64,000 nucleotides of DNA, taken from NCBI GenBank assembly GCA_002269645.1, contig NIVC01003661.1, forward strand, positions 1-64,000. The letters are read 5' to 3'. Below are positions 62,901 through 64,000 of this stretch, in pieces (position 1 is the first letter of the stretch; each line of letters begins with the position of its first letter). A program made the position numbers and the translations under genes. The stretch is from Macrostomum lignano. Its lineage: Eukaryota. Below the pieces are notes generated by a model. It saw only the letters and a list, made by a program, of their open reading frames with translations. It ran no database searches and was not told the DNA's origin.

Positions 62901-64000
62901 CCAGGCGGTCGCGCTCGTCACGGGGCAGGTGGGCCATCGAGCGGAGGCCCTGGGCGATGGCGAGGAGTGAACGGAATGAGTGAACTAGGCAGTGACGGAA
63001 TGAGTGAACTAGGCAGTGACATAATGGATGAACTAGGCAGTGATAGAATGAGTGAACTAGGCAGTGACAGAATGAGTGAACTAGGCAGTGACGGAGTGAG
63101 TGAACTAGGCAGTGACAGAATGAGTGAACTAGGCAGTGATGGAATGAGTGAACTAGGCAGTGACGGAATGAGTGAACTAGGCAGTGATGGAATGAGTGAA
63201 CTAGGCAGTGATGGAATGAGTGAACTAGGCAGTGACGGAATGAGTGAACTAGGCAGTGATAGAATGAGTGAACTAGGCAGTGACGGAATGAGTGAACTAG
63301 GCAGTGATAGAATGAGTGAACTAGGCAGTGACGGAATGAGTGAACTAGGCAGTGACGGAATGAGTGAACTAGGCAGTGAAGGAATGAGTGAACTAGGCAG
63401 TGATGGAATAAGTGAACTAGGCAGTGACGGAATGAGTGAACTAGGCAGTGACGGAATGGGTGAACTAGGCAGTGATGGAATGAGTGAACTAGGCAGTGAC
63501 AGAATGAGTGAGCTAGTCAGTGAAGGAATGAGTGAACTAGGCAGTGACGGAATGAGTGAACTAGGCAGTGACGGAATGGGTGAACTAGGCAGTGATGGAA
63601 TGAGTGAACTAGGCAGTGACAGAATGAGTGAGCTAGTCAGTGAAGGAATGAGTGAACTAGGCAGTGATGGAATGGGTGAAATGTCTGAAAGCCTCTCACC
63701 TGCACAGACTCGAGCTCGAGCCCGCTGGCCAGGCCCCGCAGCAGGCTGAGGTAGGTGTGCTCAGACAGTTCCAGGCAGTCGCGAGTCTCTTTGTGCGCCG
63801 CCCGTTCGGCCTCCAAATCGGCCGCCGAGGAAGCTATTCGAGCCACGCCGGAGGCTCCCAGCTGCCTGGCGTCACCGGCGGAGGCGCCCCCGATGGCCGG
63901 GCGAGTCTCCGCCATGGCCTGCTTGGCTCGGAGCTCGGCCAGCTCCTTTTTGAGCAGCGTCACCTGCTGCTGCTGGGCTGCTTGGTCTTGCGAGGCAGCC
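56996..64000 (-). CDS. FHAD1: 3' part of FHAD1-like coiled-coil protein; exons >64000-63700, 62949-62746, 58165-57932, 57594-57454, possible terminal 57034-56996
   Basis: [19 protein letters not shown] and [27 protein letters not shown] resemble the recalled FHAD1 C-terminus (LGRKEELLRGYEKDVEQLR; LLKEALER...QEKRINRAIRQQK); all junctions phase 0. The terminal exon is tentative. Confidence 0.75.
57625..57915. repeat. (TCAC)n microsatellite
   Basis: Direct observation. Confidence 0.97.
58283..59700. repeat. 21-bp satellite ATCAAATCTCATCCAAGCTCC with periodic longer variants
   Basis: Recurrent variant AAGCTCTATAAAATCCCATTCAAGATCTATCTC. Confidence 0.95.
59952..62620 (+). mobile_element. 5'-truncated non-LTR retrotransposon (RT + RNase H + Zn knuckle; R1/LOA/I-like), antisense in an FHAD1 intron
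   Basis: [47 protein letters not shown]; RNase H FTDGS..QAEI..TDSQ..WTPGH..GNELAD; CPFC..E...H...C; (TAAG)n tail; TSD TAAGTAAACTGAAGCC at 59936-59951 and 62621-62636. Confidence 0.95.
60050..62410 (+). CDS. LINE pol ORF (RT-RNase H). The frame is open from ~59951; the C-terminus continues after a frameshift at ~62390 to 62535
   Basis: ORF track 786 aa; no APE endonuclease or ORF1 present. Confidence 0.9.
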   Translation: MVDDHRPCDHKLFQQCATPQLLQLAANSFKPYKSSGPDNIAPCILQEALKLQNFADSFSKLLVDCYTTGYIPTIWRMSRVVFIPKPAKGDYTNVKSFRPISLTSFCVKLMERLILWRLRECDLRSDPVSKYQYAFQPGRTTEHALHAITSKIESAILSKQLACGLFVDFEGAFDNVLFRSFRNSLSRRNVRHSIVRWIYFMIRKRFVTSTLMGVTLTRAVMKGGPQGGVLTPLLWNLVMDELLTADIPSSITRAGYADDVAAVVSGPDPATLRNLMQQFADKAADWATQHGLKISVTKTVAVVFTKRRKWEMKNLTVYGRNIPFKKEVKYLGVTLTHDLRWTKHLDNVIGRAKRCFAQLRRAIGPTWGLSPRTVRWIYTGIIRPSITYASLIWTSVLEQKAARQRLYQLQGSICRAITGAYPSTPYEGLNTILNLPPLHLFIRAEAMKSASRLIRDKTLNNAPSGFMPMKTLIPHMDFVRRDLNNIHMDLGNVDSRPPALNIRRGFKTAIPGRDNIPLDVGVNRRSQGIHCFTDGSLFNGRAGAGIAIFHEGKMLLQESLHLGENTSVFQAEICAIEQCAQQLFQANINNFDINFYTDSQAAIKALTTENISAATVSQCHRSVQSLSVLNRIRIIWTPGHSNILGNELADSLAKEGSNPDGNHRLMRLPTPRSQVTRHINRWLHQQHQLHWNSCTEYRQSRSAMPNLNRKVSDYLISLNRTDLREMCMVLTGHGFFQRHISLQTGCPPTCPFCGIGEETAEHHVTFCPYFNKARHKYLGHPSGWTS
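62968..63680. repeat. 24-bp repeat GAATGAGTGAACTAGGCAGTGACG (intronic)
   Basis: About 29 copies; accounts for the [11 protein letters not shown]. Confidence 0.95.

Noticed and set aside
62967-63749. 260-aa [11 protein letters not shown]
   Set aside because: 24-bp intronic repeat antisense to FHAD1.

Overview
Eukaryotic (metazoan) genomic DNA. GC-rich exons are separated by introns that nearly all contain their own minisatellite or microsatellite; this style resembles the flatworm Macrostomum (inference only). Most ORF-track entries are repeat artefacts. Supported genes: an SLC52A riboflavin transporter (+, 3 exons, frameshifted exon 1), a single-exon LRR transmembrane receptor without TIR (+), a MYLIP/IDOL FERM-RING E3 ligase (-, 6 exons), a GH20 beta-hexosaminidase (-, at least 9 exons over about 14 kb), prospero/PROX1 (-) and the 3' part of an FHAD1-like coiled-coil gene (-). 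There are also a few unidentified candidate exons or genes. Mobile DNA: a 5'-truncated RT+RNase H LINE with a 16-bp TSD, a rearranged Penelope-like remnant with a hammerhead ribozyme motif, an RTE-like fragment, a Tc1 fragment, two inverted tRNA/CORE-like SINEs and a foldback-like element. Most notable: tandem repeats appear to have multiplied functional cis-signals. These include a CLEAR/E-box plus TCAAGGTCA array directly upstream of the lysosomal hexosaminidase, a CCAAT/GC-box array upstream of MYLIP, about 19 copies of an exon end plus 5' splice donor in hexosaminidase, and repeated acceptor-like units in prospero. No rRNA, genuine tRNA or CRISPR array is seen. Splice models were built by eye from GT/AG sites, phase and protein motifs, not from transcript data.
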